A DNA stretch of 62,899 bases, filler included, from Chiloscyllium plagiosum (taxonomy: Eukaryota), in the NCBI RefSeq assembly GCF_004010195.1. It is 4 parts of one record of this genome, joined end to end, with 100 filler letters (N's around TTAATTAATTAA, not from the genome) between each part and the next. Parts side by side here need not be neighbours in the genome. Positions count along the whole stretch, not along the records: positions 42,904 to 59,401 come from NC_057716.1; positions 59,502 to 62,899 come from NC_057716.1; 2 more parts are not named here. One strand, written 5' to 3'. Under the pieces are notes generated by a model. It was given only the letters and a program-made list of their open reading frames with translations, was not told the DNA's origin and did no database searches. The position numbers and the translations under genes are program-made. Positions 51,401 to 62,899 of this stretch are shown one piece after another. Each line of letters begins with the position of its first letter. Within the stretch, counting starts at the first letter, position 1.

Positions 51401-53661
51401 CACCATGCTCAAACAGCCTTTGTTTTGCAGAAGGTAGTTCCTTCTTGGCTGTCTGTGTGACCGTGGAATTCATTGTTCACCGAAGTGTTGTGATGCTCTG
51501 CAGCCTAACCACCGAGGGTCTATCACAGTATGCCCTATCGGCTGCCTTCAACCGTGCCTGGAGCAAGCGTTCCTGCTCCAGCATCTGCCGTATCCTAAGG
51601 GATAATTATTCCTTTGGCATCAGCCTTAGCAATTTTCCATAGAATGGATGGGTTACTGGTTGGATATAAATAAATGGCTAAGAAATATCTGAATTCATTG
51701 CAGAAATACTCAATGAACTTACTATCCTTAAGAATAAAGGGATCCATTCGCCAGTGTCTTGAGCCTGCTATATTACCCTTAATTTTAACCAATGGTCAGA
51801 AATGGTAATATTCGCAATTGTACAGAACACCACTGAATCGAAGATTGCTGCAAGGTGAGGAAGAGATCAACCTAGTGTGGCATTTCTGTGGGTTAAAAGG
51901 AAAAGGAAAATCCGTATGCATGAGGTGGATCTGCCTCCAAACATCCATCAGCCCCAGTTCCACACAAAAATCCAATAATTGCTGAGATTGTAAAGATGGA
52001 ACTGGGGGCTTTTGGGCATATTTTCCACGGTGGGTGCAAAAGACAATTGAAGTCTCCTCCTACAATAATGAGCTGCGACGAAAGATTACTTAATTCGGAA
52101 ATGCATATATCAGGAATTTAAGGCTGTGCNNNNNNNNNNNNNNNNNNNNNNNNNNNNNNNNNNNNNNNNNNNNNNNNNNNNNNNNNNNNNNNNNNNNNNN
52201 NNNNNNNNNNNNNNNNNNNNNNNNNNNNNNNNNNNNNNNNNNNNNNNNNNNNNNNNNNNNNNNNNNNNNNNNNNNNNNNNNNNNNNNNNNNNNNNNNNNN
52301 NNNNNNNNNNNNNNNNNNNNNNNNNNNNNNNNNNNNNNNNNNNNNNNNNNNNNNNNNNNNNNNNNNNNNNNNNGAATTACAAATCGCTGAGCATCAATGA
52401 AAAACGACTCATACGCCCTAAAAGAAACATACTAACTAAAGCTACTACAACTAACTAGCTCTCCAAACGTTCCATAACTAAATACATACAAAAACAAAAA
52501 AAAAGATACAACGTGACAATGGCACTCCGGAGGGGCATTTACACGTCACAAATCTTTATCTTCTGCCCCATTATCAATACTGCATCCAGGGAATGAACTG
52601 CCCTTAGGTAGACATTCAGTCATCATGATCACCTTCATAACTGCCTCCAGCTTGAGCCGAACCCGACACACAAACTAAGCAAGAGAAAAACGAGTAGTAA
52701 TATTAATGAAGTTAAAAATGTGTACTCTACCCATCCCCGACTATAATTTAACACTACTTAATACCAGAAAGATTCAACAAACTTTCTTTAAAACGAGAGA
52801 AACATAATTATCGATATGCATTAAAGCATACAGCCTGCCTTATAGTGTCCACAATGTTTTCGCGTCCTCTGGAGCGTCAATGGATCTATTGAAAGCGTAG
52901 AACTATTGAAAGCATACGGAGCACCGCTGCGTTCATGAAGGAGTACTGCATCTCAAGTTCCCTTAGTCTTCTCTTGATATCATCAAAATATTTTCTTTTC
53001 TGAATCACTGCCGCAGAAAAGACCTGGAAGGACATAATCCTGGAGCCCTCGTGGGATCTTTTCCCTGTGTTCTGGAAGCTGCCATAAGTCTTTGATTGTC
53101 TCTGCAACTACGTAATCGCGCATGGACAGGGTGAGGGCATTAGCCTGAATCTGGCCTGTGTTCTGTAAACCGATGAACTGTTTCACTCTTCACCCGTCCC
53201 TCTTCAACTTCGAAGTGAAGGAATCATGGCTGAACACCTTATGTCTCCAGCAGACGGATGATATGAACATTCTTCAATCTGCCCCTGTTTCGAGGTCGTC
53301 ACCTTGTTCAGTTAAGGTACGGACTTGTTTTTCAAGGGCGAGGGTCCGCTCCTTAGAGGAATCGATCAGAGACTCTGCCCCTGTAATTTGGCGCTCGACC
53401 TCATCCGTTATGTTTCCAAGGCTTACAATTTGCTGTTCATGTTTGTGGAGCACGGCTGAGAGTGGTTCTAGCCTCCTGCTGAACCTTTCTTCAATCATGC
53501 CTTCAATTATTTCACGTAACTTGGTGAACTCGGTGACCAAGACCTGGTGAGTAACTGGACGATCGAACGAGCAGAGAGGGTTGCAAATGCAGCCACAGGC
53601 ATGCTGAAAGCTTCTCATGGGTGCACCACTTGTTGGGATTTACTTGATCCTTTCCCATGTT
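48461..53661 (-). mobile_element. L1-clade LINE, near full length, decayed (ORF1 ~52850-53660; ORF2 ~48800-52130)
   Basis: ORF1 coiled coil plus FQVFSAAVIQKRK; ORF2 IIVGGDFNC, ISDH, FEHGDK.GKYLA, YRPISLLNVDFKILS, EKAFDWVEW, PLSPVLF, SADD, FYKTWQPF; A-rich 3' end. Confidence 0.92.
52130..52373. other. Assembly gap (244 N)
   Basis: Run of N. Confidence 0.99.
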
Positions 53662-54161
53662 NNNNNNNNNNNNNNNNNNNNNNNNNNNNNNNNNNNNNNN
53701 NNNNNNNNNNNNNNNNNNNNNNNNNNNNNNNNNNNNNNNNNNNNNNNNNNNNNNNNNNNNNNNNNNNNNNNNNNNNNNNNNNNNNNNNNNNNNNNNNNNN
53801 NNNNNNNNNNNNNNNNNNNNNNNNNNNNNNNNNNNNNNNNNNNNNNNNNNNNNNNNNNNNNNNNNNNNNNNNNNNNNNNNNNNNNNNNNNNNNNNNNNNN
53901 NNNNNNNNNNNNNNNNNNNNNNNNNNNNNNNNNNNNNNNNNNNNNNNNNNNNNNNNNNNNNNNNNNNNNNNNNNNNNNNNNNNNNNNNNNNNNNNNNNNN
54001 NNNNNNNNNNNNNNNNNNNNNNNNNNNNNNNNNNNNNNNNNNNNNNNNNNNNNNNNNNNNNNNNNNNNNNNNNNNNNNNNNNNNNNNNNNNNNNNNNNNN
54101 NNNNNNNNNNNNNNNNNNNNNNNNNNNNNNNNNNNNNNNNNNNNNNNNNNNNNNNNNNNNN
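53662..54161. other. Assembly gap (500 N)
   Basis: Run of N. Confidence 0.99.
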
Positions 54162-54857
54162 ACATTGATTGTGCATTTGGCAGACAGAGGATCCTGAGGC
54201 TGGGTTTTATTGTTCAGCTGGTGCCTGGCAAGGAATCGCGTCACAGTGAACGGGAGTTCACTTTATAGAAAAAGGTGCGCAATTCACGAATCGCATTGCA
54301 GCAAAATTGTATTTAATAAACACACGCTACCAGAGAACTGCCTGTATATTGAATCGAGGAGCAAAATTGATGGACCGAAGGGATTACAGCGGTTCTTATT
54401 TTACATTTCACAGTGTTTAAACATATTGCGGGATATGAACACTGTGTCTGGAAAATTGCATTGAGGAGATTTTCTCCATGAACTAGAATGGGGGAGGCTC
54501 AATGTGTCGAATGGCCAACTCCTTTCCCGATGTTTCTGTGCAGTCTGTGGGAAAGCTCTGTAAATGTTGTCACAACTCTCAGATGTGAGGTCTCTGCAGG
54601 GTCAACAGCTCTGTGTTTCCCTTTTCCGGTAGCAAGGCTGGGGCTGGGTATTCTGTCCGGTTTTATCCTTTAAGACCTCAGAGCAGTTTGGTACAATAGA
54701 GTGTCTTGCTTGACCGTTTCAGAGACCATTGAAGAGTTGATCACATGTCTGTGTGTCTGGAGTCACTCTTAGGCCAGACCAGGAAAACACGGGAGATTCA
54801 CTTCCTGAAAGTACATTGGGGTAGGAGATCGAAGTTTAAAATCAACATTGGTGGAAG

Positions 54858-55132
54858 GTCTATGTGGAGTTTGAACACTCTATGTGGAGTTTGAACATTC
54901 TTTCCGTGTATGTATGGGTTTCTTCCCAGTTCTCCAGTTTCCTCACACAGTTCAAAGATGTGCAGCTTAGTTTGATTGGCCACGGTAAATTACGCAGAGT
55001 GACCGTAGATGTGTAGGTTAAGTGGGTTATTAATGGGAATTGCAGGGTTACATGGATAGGGTAGGGGGACAGGTCTGGATGGGATACTGTTGACTCGATG
55101 GGTCGAATGTCCTGCTTCCACACTGTAGGGGT
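54858..55132 (+). mobile_element. V-SINE, 5'-truncated
   Basis: tctatgtggagtttgaaca (locally duplicated) V-domain plus tail. Confidence 0.78.
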
Positions 55133-55623
55133 TCAATGACAACGGGATCAAGTTTGGGCTATTCAACTCCCAGTCGGTATATACCTGATCCACTCGCCTC
55201 AAAGCTTTGTATATTTCAATAAGATCAGCTCTCATTCTAAGGGTAACCTGTTAAAGTCTCCATAATATCAGCCCTTCATGCATGGAATAAGTGAAGTGAA
55301 ACATCTCAGAACTGCTTCTAGTGTTCCTATATCCTTTCTCAGATAAGAATGCAAAACTAAAACTAATCTCACACTCCGATGAGTCGGTTTATCTTTGTTT
55401 TCTCAGTGTAGTGAGTCTTTTGAACACTCTTCCCAACAGAACATAGGAGGCAGAGATATTGAATATTTTTGAGGCAAGGTTCACACATCACAAAGGAGTC
55501 AAGGATTATCGAGGAATGGGCAGCAATATGTATTGTGGGGAAAATGTAGACAGTGGTACCGAATGACACGGCTCCAGAATATCCAGGAATTAAATCAAAT
55601 GGATAACATCGATAAAGTTTTAA

Positions 55624-58600
55624 CGGGGAAACAAAATGGCAGAGATCTGAAAGGTCTGCTTTGCTGAGCTCTGCATCACAATGATGCTCAACCCCACCCC
55701 ACCACAGTCATTTACTTAAAAGTCAACACTAAAAGAGCTGTAGAATCCTTACTAACCCCATTTTGTCAAGTGGAAATGACAACATGGGAAAGGATCAAGT
55801 AAGTCCCAACAAGCGGTGCACCCATCAGAAGCTGTCAGCATGTCTGTGGCCGCATCTGCAACCCCCTCTGCTCGTTAGATGGCCCAGTTACTCACCAGGT
55901 CTTGGTCACCGAGTTCACCAAGTTACGTGAAATGATTGAAGAAAGGTTTCAGCAGGAGGCTAGAACCACTCTCAGCAGTGCTCCACAAACATGAACAGCA
56001 AATTGAAAGCCTTCGAAACAGAACGGATGAGGTCGAACGCCAAACTGTAGTGGCAGAGTCTGTGATCGATTCCTCTAAGGAGCGGATCCTCGCCCTTGAA
56101 AAACAGGTCCGTACCTTAACTGAACAAGGTGACGGCCTCGAAACAGAGGCAGAATGAAGAATGTTCATATCATCGGTCTGCTGGAGACATAAGGTGTTCA
56201 GCCAGTGAGATTTGTTTCGAGAACAGGCTGCTATGATTCCTTCACTTCGAAGCTGAAGAGGGACGGGTGAAGAGTGAGACAGTTCATCGGGTAACAGAGC
56301 GCAGGCCAGATTCAGGCTAATGTCCTCACCCTGTCCTTGTGCGATTACGTAGTTGCAGAGACAATCAAAGACTTATGGAAGCTTCCAGAACACAGGGAAA
56401 AGATCCGACGAGGGCTCCAGGATTAGGTTCTTCCAGGTCTTTTCAGCGGCAGTGATTCAGAAAAGAAAATCTTTTGATGATATCAAGAGAAGAATAAGGG
56501 AACTTGAGATTCAGTACTCATTCATGAACGCAGCGGTGCTCCGTATGCTTTCAATAGTTCTACGCACTGGTGGATCATTCAATAGATCCATTGACGCTCC
56601 AGAGGACGCGAGAACTTTGTGAACACTATAAAGCAGGCTGGATGTTTTAATGGATGTCGATAATTATGTTTCTCTCGTTTTAAAGAAAGTTTGTTGAATC
56701 TTTCTGGTATTAATTAGTGTTAAATTATAGTCGGGGATGGGTAGAGTACACACTTTTAACTTCATTAATATTGCTACTCGTTTTTCTCTTGCTTAGTTTG
56801 TGTGTCGGGTTCGGCTCAAGCTGGAGGGAGTTATGAAGGTGATCGTGATGACTGAATGTCTACCAAAGGGCAGTTCAATCCCTGGATGCAGTATTGATAA
56901 TGGGGCAGAAGATAAAGATTTGTGGCGTGCAAATGCCCCCAATGGGCGGGGGATAAATGCCCCTCCTGAGTGCCATTGTCACGGTGTATCCTGTTTAATT
57001 TTGTATGTATTTAGTTATGGAACGTTTGGAGAGCTTTTTAGTTGTAATAGCTTTAGTTAGTATGTTTCTTTTAGGGCCTATGAGTCGTTTCTCATTGAGG
57101 CTCAGCGATTTGTAATTCAAGTTCTTCTTCTCAGGAGTTCAAATGTTGTTCCAGTGTGTTATGGCTAATGTCATGCTTAAATGGTGTATTTGTAGCATTA
57201 AGGGGAGGCAGTTAAGCGGAAAGAAGTACTTTCTAGCCTTAAAAAGGAGAGGGTGGATATTGTCCTATTGCAGGAGATGCACCTTGATGACAAGGAACAT
57301 TTGACATTACAGCAGGGCGGGTTTGATCGGGTTTATTTCTCGTCTTTTAATACTAGGAGTAGAGGAGAAGCCATACTGGATAGGAAGAATCTTCCATTTA
57401 CATCACGAGATTGGCCCAAAGGCCCCCAGTACCATCTTTACAATCTAAGCAATTAGTGGATTTTTGTGTGGAACTGGGGCTGATGGATGTTTGGAGGCAG
57501 ATCCACCTCATGCATACGGATTTTCCTTTTCCTTTTAACCCGCAGAAATGCCACACTAAGTTGATCTCTTCCTCACCTTGCATCAATCTTCGATTCAGTG
57601 GTGTTCTGTACAATTGGGAATATTACCATTTCTGACCATGCAGCAGTTTACTTATTGGTTAAAATTAAGGGTAATATAGCAGGCTCAAGACACTGGCAAA
57701 TGGATCCCTTTATTCTTAAGGATAGTAAGTTCATTGAGTATTTCTGCAATGAATTCAAATATTTCTTAGCCATTTATTTAGGTCCAACCAGTAACCCATC
57801 CATTCTATGGAAAATTGCTAAGGCTGATGCCAAAGGAATAATTATTCCTTAGGATGCGGCAGATGCTGGAGCAGGAACGCTTGCTCCAGGCACGGTTGAA
57901 GGCAGCCGAGATGGCTTACTGTGATAGACCCTCGGTGGCTAGGCTGCAGAGGATCACAACACTTCAGTGTACAATAAATTCTATTCTCACACAGACAACC
58001 AAGAAGGAACTACCTTCTGCAAAACAAAGGCTGTTTGAGCATGGTGATAAGCCGGGCAAGTATTTAGCCTATCTTGCGTGGAAAAGAGAGCCCCAAAGTC
58101 ATTGCCTCATGGAAGGTACTGGAACCCTTACCTGCAATCCCATAAAGGTTAAAGCATCATTTCCGAGATTTTACTCCGAATTATATTAGACTGAGCATAA
58201 TGAGGTTCGGTGGATTAAGATGGAGTCTTTCTTCAAGAACTTCAATATTCCAGGGGTAGCCCACAAATAAGTGTCTTGCCTTAATTGTCAGTGCTGGAGG
58301 GTGTAAAGCAGCTTCAGGGCGGAAAGGCGCCCGATCCTGACGGATTTCCAAGTGAGTTTTACGTGTAATTTATAAACCTATTGTCAGGGCCGATGCTTAC
58401 CATGTTAGTCACTCACACAGTCACGACTGCCTCCCACCATCCTTAAGAGAGGTTCATGTCTCTATTATTCTTAAGAAAATGAAGACACCGGAAGATTGTG
58501 CTTCTTATAGGCCCATCTCACTTTTAAATGTTGATTTCAAAATCTTGTCTGAGACCCTTACATTACGGCTGGAAAATGGGTATCCTTCCATTGTCAAACT

Positions 58601-59401
58601 GGACCACACCACCTTATAAAGGGCTGCAGATACTCCCAACAATATTATGAGATTACTCAATATTGTCCAAGCGTGTCCAGAACAAATTATATAGGTATAA
58701 GTGATCCCTTTTGACGCAGAGAAGGCATTTGATTGGGTTGAATGGCTTTATCTCTTATATACGTTGGAATGGTTTGGTCGAGGCAAAGTTTTAATCAAGT
58801 GGGTGATGGACCTTGAAAGCGATCCTCTGGCCACATTTCCCACCAATGTTGTGCGATCCTATAACATTAATATTGCTAGAGGCAGTCCAAAGTAGACCGC
58901 TTCCACCAGTGTTGTTTACGTTGGTGATTGAGGCATTGGTGAAGGCCATCTGCAGAGACCCCAACATATCTGCCCCAGAGGTGGGAGAGATGTCACGTAA
59001 GATTACATTGTCTGCAGATGATGGTCTAATATTTTTGTTAAATCCCACAGTTTTGGTACCTCAACTCATGCAATGCATCAGTTCGAATGGTGCCTTTTCC
59101 GGCTATATCATTGATTTTACAAAGTCGGAGGCCATGTCTATGGGCAATCTTGGGGAAATACCTGTGATGTCGATGGAGAAACCTGGTTTCTTTTTCAATG
59201 GTCCCGGGGTTTATGGGGATATTCCCTATTTAGATGTATTCATTAATCCTATCTTTGAACTTATATTTAACGTGGAATTTGTGCATTTGTTTGACAAAAT
59301 TTAGCAAGACCTGAGAAGATGGGAGGCACTTCCAATATTCTGGCTAGATCGGATAGCTCTTATTAAAATGAATTCCCTCCCTTGCTTGCTATACCCCGTG
59401 T
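55624..59401 (+). mobile_element. L1-clade LINE, decayed, 3' part lost in the gap (ORF1 ~55780-56620; ORF2 from 57161)
   Basis: Reverse-complement paralogue of 50050-53661; DIVLLQEMHL, SRGEAIL, FDAEKAFDWVEW; candidate 5' end ggggaaacAAAATGGC. Confidence 0.92.
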
Positions 59402-59501
59402 NNNNNNNNNNNNNNNNNNNNNNNNNNNNNNNNNNNNNNNNNNNNTTAATTAATTAANNNNNNNNNNNNNNNNNNNNNNNNNNNNNNNNNNNNNNNNNNN
59501 N
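59402..59501. other. Artificial assembly join (44N-TTAATTAATTAA-44N)
   Basis: Same 100-bp linker. Confidence 0.97.
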
Positions 59502-59702
59502 AGGAAGGTGTGAGGAAGGTTTGAGGAAGGTGTGAGGAAGGTGTGAGGAAGGTTTAAAGAAGGTATGAGGAAGGTTTGAGGAAGATGTGAGGAAGGTGTG
59601 AGGAAGGTGTGAGGAAGGTATAAGGAAGGTATGAGGAACGTGTGAGGAAGGTTTGAGGAAGGTTTAAGGAAGGTGTGAGGAAGGTTTGAGGAATGTTTGA
59701 GG
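59502..59702 (+). repeat. 11-bp minisatellite (AGGAAGGTGTG)n, about 18 copies
   Basis: Directly visible; begins at the contig edge. Confidence 0.95.
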
Positions 59703-59719
59703 ACTCGGTTGATACACGA

Positions 59720-60115
59720 TGGAGTTTGGAAGGATGAAGGCAGGGGAGTCTAATTGAAACTTCCGGAATACTGAATGGCCTGGACCGAGTGGATGTTGGG
59801 AAGATATTCCCATTGGTAGGAGAGATTAGGACCCGGGAACATAACCTTAGAGGAAATGAAAGATCTTTTAGAATAGAGATAAGGAAAACATCTTCAGCCA
59901 GAGAGTGGTGAATCTATGGAATTTACGACAACAGAATGGTGTGGAAGCTAGATCTTTGAGTATATTTAAGACAGAGGTGTATTCTTGATTGTCAAGGGGA
60001 TCAAGGGTTATGGAAAGAAAGTGGGAGAATGGGTTGAGAAACTGATCAGCCATGATTACAGGCAGAGTAGACTCAATGGGTTGAATGGCCTAATTTCTGC
60101 TCCTGTGTCTTACGG
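59720..60115 (+). mobile_element. CR1 3' end
   Basis: LIETFRNTEW.., FSQRVVNLWNL motifs and CR1-type tail. Confidence 0.78.
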
Positions 60116-60224
60116 TGTAAAACTTGCAGTTAGTGTTTCCTGGGTGATAGAGGTTATGGCTTTGGAAGATGCTATCTAAGGAACGTCAGTATTTGTCCCA
60201 GTGCATCTTTAAAAATCATAACAA

Positions 60225-60470
60225 TACAGATCGAAGCCATTTGGCCCATTGGTTCTCACTGAACCTCCAGGGAGAAAAACTCCTTATCCCCATAACCCAC
60301 ACATTACCTATGGCCAATCCACCTAACCTGCACATTGTTGGACTATGGGAGGAAACCCACACAGATACGGGAGAATGTGTAAACTCCACACCAGACAGTC
60401 CCCCGAGGGTGGAATTGAACCTGATTTCTGTCGCTGTGAAACAGCAGTGCTAACCACTGAGCCACAGTGT
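60225..60470 (-). mobile_element. V-SINE, degenerate
   Basis: Reverse-complement tggctcagtggttagcactgctg head and V-domain. Confidence 0.8.
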
Positions 60471-61049
60471 TACCCCAGTCAGTCAAGTTGCCTGGCAGAG
60501 TGAGTCATCTCAGATACCAGTCCAGGGGTTTGACTGTCAGTCAGCTGCTTGTGGTTGTTAGAGACAGGGTCCTTTCCTCATAACAGCTATAGATGGTGTA
60601 CATTGCTGCTGTACATTAGCAGTAAAGGAAGTGAGTATTAAAGGTGGTGGATGGAGTGTCAGTCAGGTAATTTTACAAATTGCTCTGCTAGGTTTAAGTT
60701 GCGGAGATGCTGTGAATGTATCACTCAGCCTATGGGCGAGCCTGGAGTATAGATTCTTCACTCTGTAAGAGGACCTCTATCAGCAGGTGGTGAAGGTGAG
60801 GGACAGACACTGAGCAGGGCAGCCAAATGAACCTGCTCTGGAAGAAAAAATGTCTTTTGGAGATGGAAAGAGGTCTCATGGGGAGATAATTACACAAACA
60901 CAGACATTTCTCAACCATTTGTAAACCACAGGTTTACTTTCATATGGATACCATATTTGTTATGGTTTATCCTTAATTCCCTTCCTATTGGTACTGACCT
61001 GATGCCTGTGCAATAAAGAATTCTTGTTTCATGAGCTTTGGGCTGTCCC

Positions 61050-61730
61050 AAATTATATTTAAATATCATGTTGGACGTTGGTAAATTGCATACAAAATTA
61101 GCTTGGTCATAGACGTCAGAGAGTAGTTGTGGAGGGGTCCCTTTAATGACTGGGGGAGCTCCACAAGAATCAATACCAGGACCTCTGTTGTTTGCAACGT
61201 ATGGCAAGTGATTTGGATGATCTACTTAGTATGTTTACAAATGACACAAAAATCAGTGGAGTTATGGATAGTGAGGCGGATTGCCAAAGGATACAGCAGG
61301 ATACAGCTAAGTCAGAAAGTTGTGTGAAGTGGCAGAGTTTAATATGGTCAAATGTGAGGTGATGCATTTTGGAATGTATATATTAAATGGCAGGATCCTT
61401 AGATGCGTTGGTGTGAAGAGGGATCTTGAGGTGCAAGTCCATAGCTGTCTGAAAGTGCGGCATGAGTGGTTATGGTGGGAAGGAAGGCATTTGGCATGCT
61501 TGCCTTCATCTGTTGAGGTATTGAGTATAAAAGTTGGCAAGTCATGTTGCAGCTATTTATACTTTAGGTAGGTCACATTTGGAATATTGTACACAGATCT
61601 GGTTGCCACTATAGGATGGATGTGGAGGCTTTGGAGAGGATGCAAGAGAGGTTTACCAAATGTTACCTGAATTGGAGTGCATTGGGTATAAGGATGGACA
61701 AACTTGTATTGTTTTTGCAAGGCTTGGGTG
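61050..61730 (+). mobile_element. Degenerate CR1 RT fragment
   Basis: KCEVMHFG, RDLEVQVH remnants. Confidence 0.75.
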
Positions 61731-61806
61731 ATTTCTGTCCTGGGGAAAACAGGAGATGGTTTAAACATTTGTTAAATGGTGGCTATTACTTCTGATTAGA
61801 TTAAGT

Positions 61807-61996
61807 GGGGTGGCACAGTGGCTAGCACTGCTGTCTCACAGCACCAGAGACCTGGGTTCGATTCTAGCCTCGGCCAACTGTCTGTGTGGAGTTTGTATAT
61901 TCACCCTGTGTCTGTGTGGGTTTCCTCCCACAGTCCAAAGATGTGCAGTCCAGGTAAATTGGTCATGCTAAATTGCCCATAGTGTTAGGTGCATTA
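61807..61996 (+). mobile_element. HE1-type V-SINE, 3'-truncated
   Basis: A box TGGCACAGTGG, B box GGTTCGATTCT, V-domain. Confidence 0.85.
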
Positions 61997-62899
61997 GACA
62001 ATAGGTGCAGGAATAGGCCATTCTGCCCTTCGAGCCTGCACCACCATTCAATATGATCATGGCTGATCATCCTTAATCAGTATCCTGATCTCCATAACCC
62101 TTGATTCCACTATCCTTGAGAGCTCTATCCAACTCTTTCTTAAATGAATCCAGAGACTTGGCCTCCACTGCCCTCTGGGGCAGAGCATTCCACACACCCA
62201 CCACACTCTGGGTGAAGAAGTTTCTCCTCATCTCTGTCCTAAATGGTCTACCCCATATTTTTAAGCTGTGTCCTCTGGTTCAGCACTCACTCATCAGTGG
62301 AAACATATTTCCTGCCTCCAGAGTGTCCAATCCTTCAATAATCTTATACGTCTCAATCAAATCCCCTCTCAGTCTTCTAAACTCAAGGATATACAAGCCC
62401 AGTCGCTCCAGTCTTTCAGCATAAGGTAGTCCCACCATTCCAGGAATTGACCTTGTGAACCTACGCTGCACTCCCNNNNNNNNNNNNNNNNNNNNNNNNN
62501 NNNNNNNNNNNNNNNNNNNNNNNNNNNNNNNNNNNNNNNNNNNNNNNNNNNNNNNNNNNNNNNNNNNNNNNNCCCTCTTGTTATGAAGGCCAGCATGCTA
62601 TTAGTCTTCTTCACTACCTGCTGTACCTGCATGCTTGCCGTCATTGACTGGTGTGCAAGACCACCCAGACCTCTTTGTACTGCCCCTTTACCTAAATTGA
62701 TTCCATTTAGGTAGTAATCTGCCTTCCTGTTCTTGCCACCAAAGTGGATAACCATACATTTATCCACATTAAACTGCATCTGCCATGCATCTGACCACTC
62801 ACCTAACCTGTCCAGGTCACCCTGTAATCTCCTAACATCCTCATCACATTTCACCCTGCCACCCAGCTTAGAATCATCAGCAAATTTGCTAATGTTACT
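61995..62899 (-). mobile_element. CR1-clade LINE RT C-terminus and 3' end (97-N gap at 62476-62572)
   Basis: LQGDLDRLGEWSDAWQMQFNVDKC; QRRFTR.IPGM.GL.Y.ERLERLGL; RRLRGDLIETYKI. Confidence 0.9.

Noticed and set aside
53512..54268. Long ORFs in the ORF track (also 52126-52458)
   Set aside because: Artefacts of translating N runs.
54242..54280. CACAGTG as a V(D)J recombination signal
   Set aside because: No nonamer at 12- or 23-nt spacing and no adjacent V/D/J segment.

Overview
Eukaryotic, repeat-dense draft-assembly DNA from a cartilaginous fish. The HE1/V-SINE, CR1, Deu-type SINE and Penelope repertoire points to a shark, probably a bamboo/carpet shark (inference). The only confidently identified host gene is PIKFYVE on the + strand: first coding exon 9185-9365 (ATG 9194) and the next exon 17455-17649. 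I found no later (FYVE-domain) exon in the remaining 45 kb. The rest is intron-like sequence filled with CR1, L2 and L1-clade LINE remnants, tRNA-derived SINEs and two decayed PIF/Harbinger remnants (Myb/SANT ORF plus a convergent HARBI1-type transposase). Many short Penelope-like terminal repeats carry minimal hammerhead-ribozyme cores and often form fold-back hairpins. Two head-to-head L1 copies (48.5-53.7 kb and 55.6-59.4 kb) share the same disabling lesions, which implies duplication after decay. Six N-gaps are present; three are artificial 100-bp joins containing the six-frame-stop linker TTAATTAATTAA, so contiguity across them is not guaranteed. All family assignments are from remembered motifs, not database searches, and repeat boundaries are approximate.
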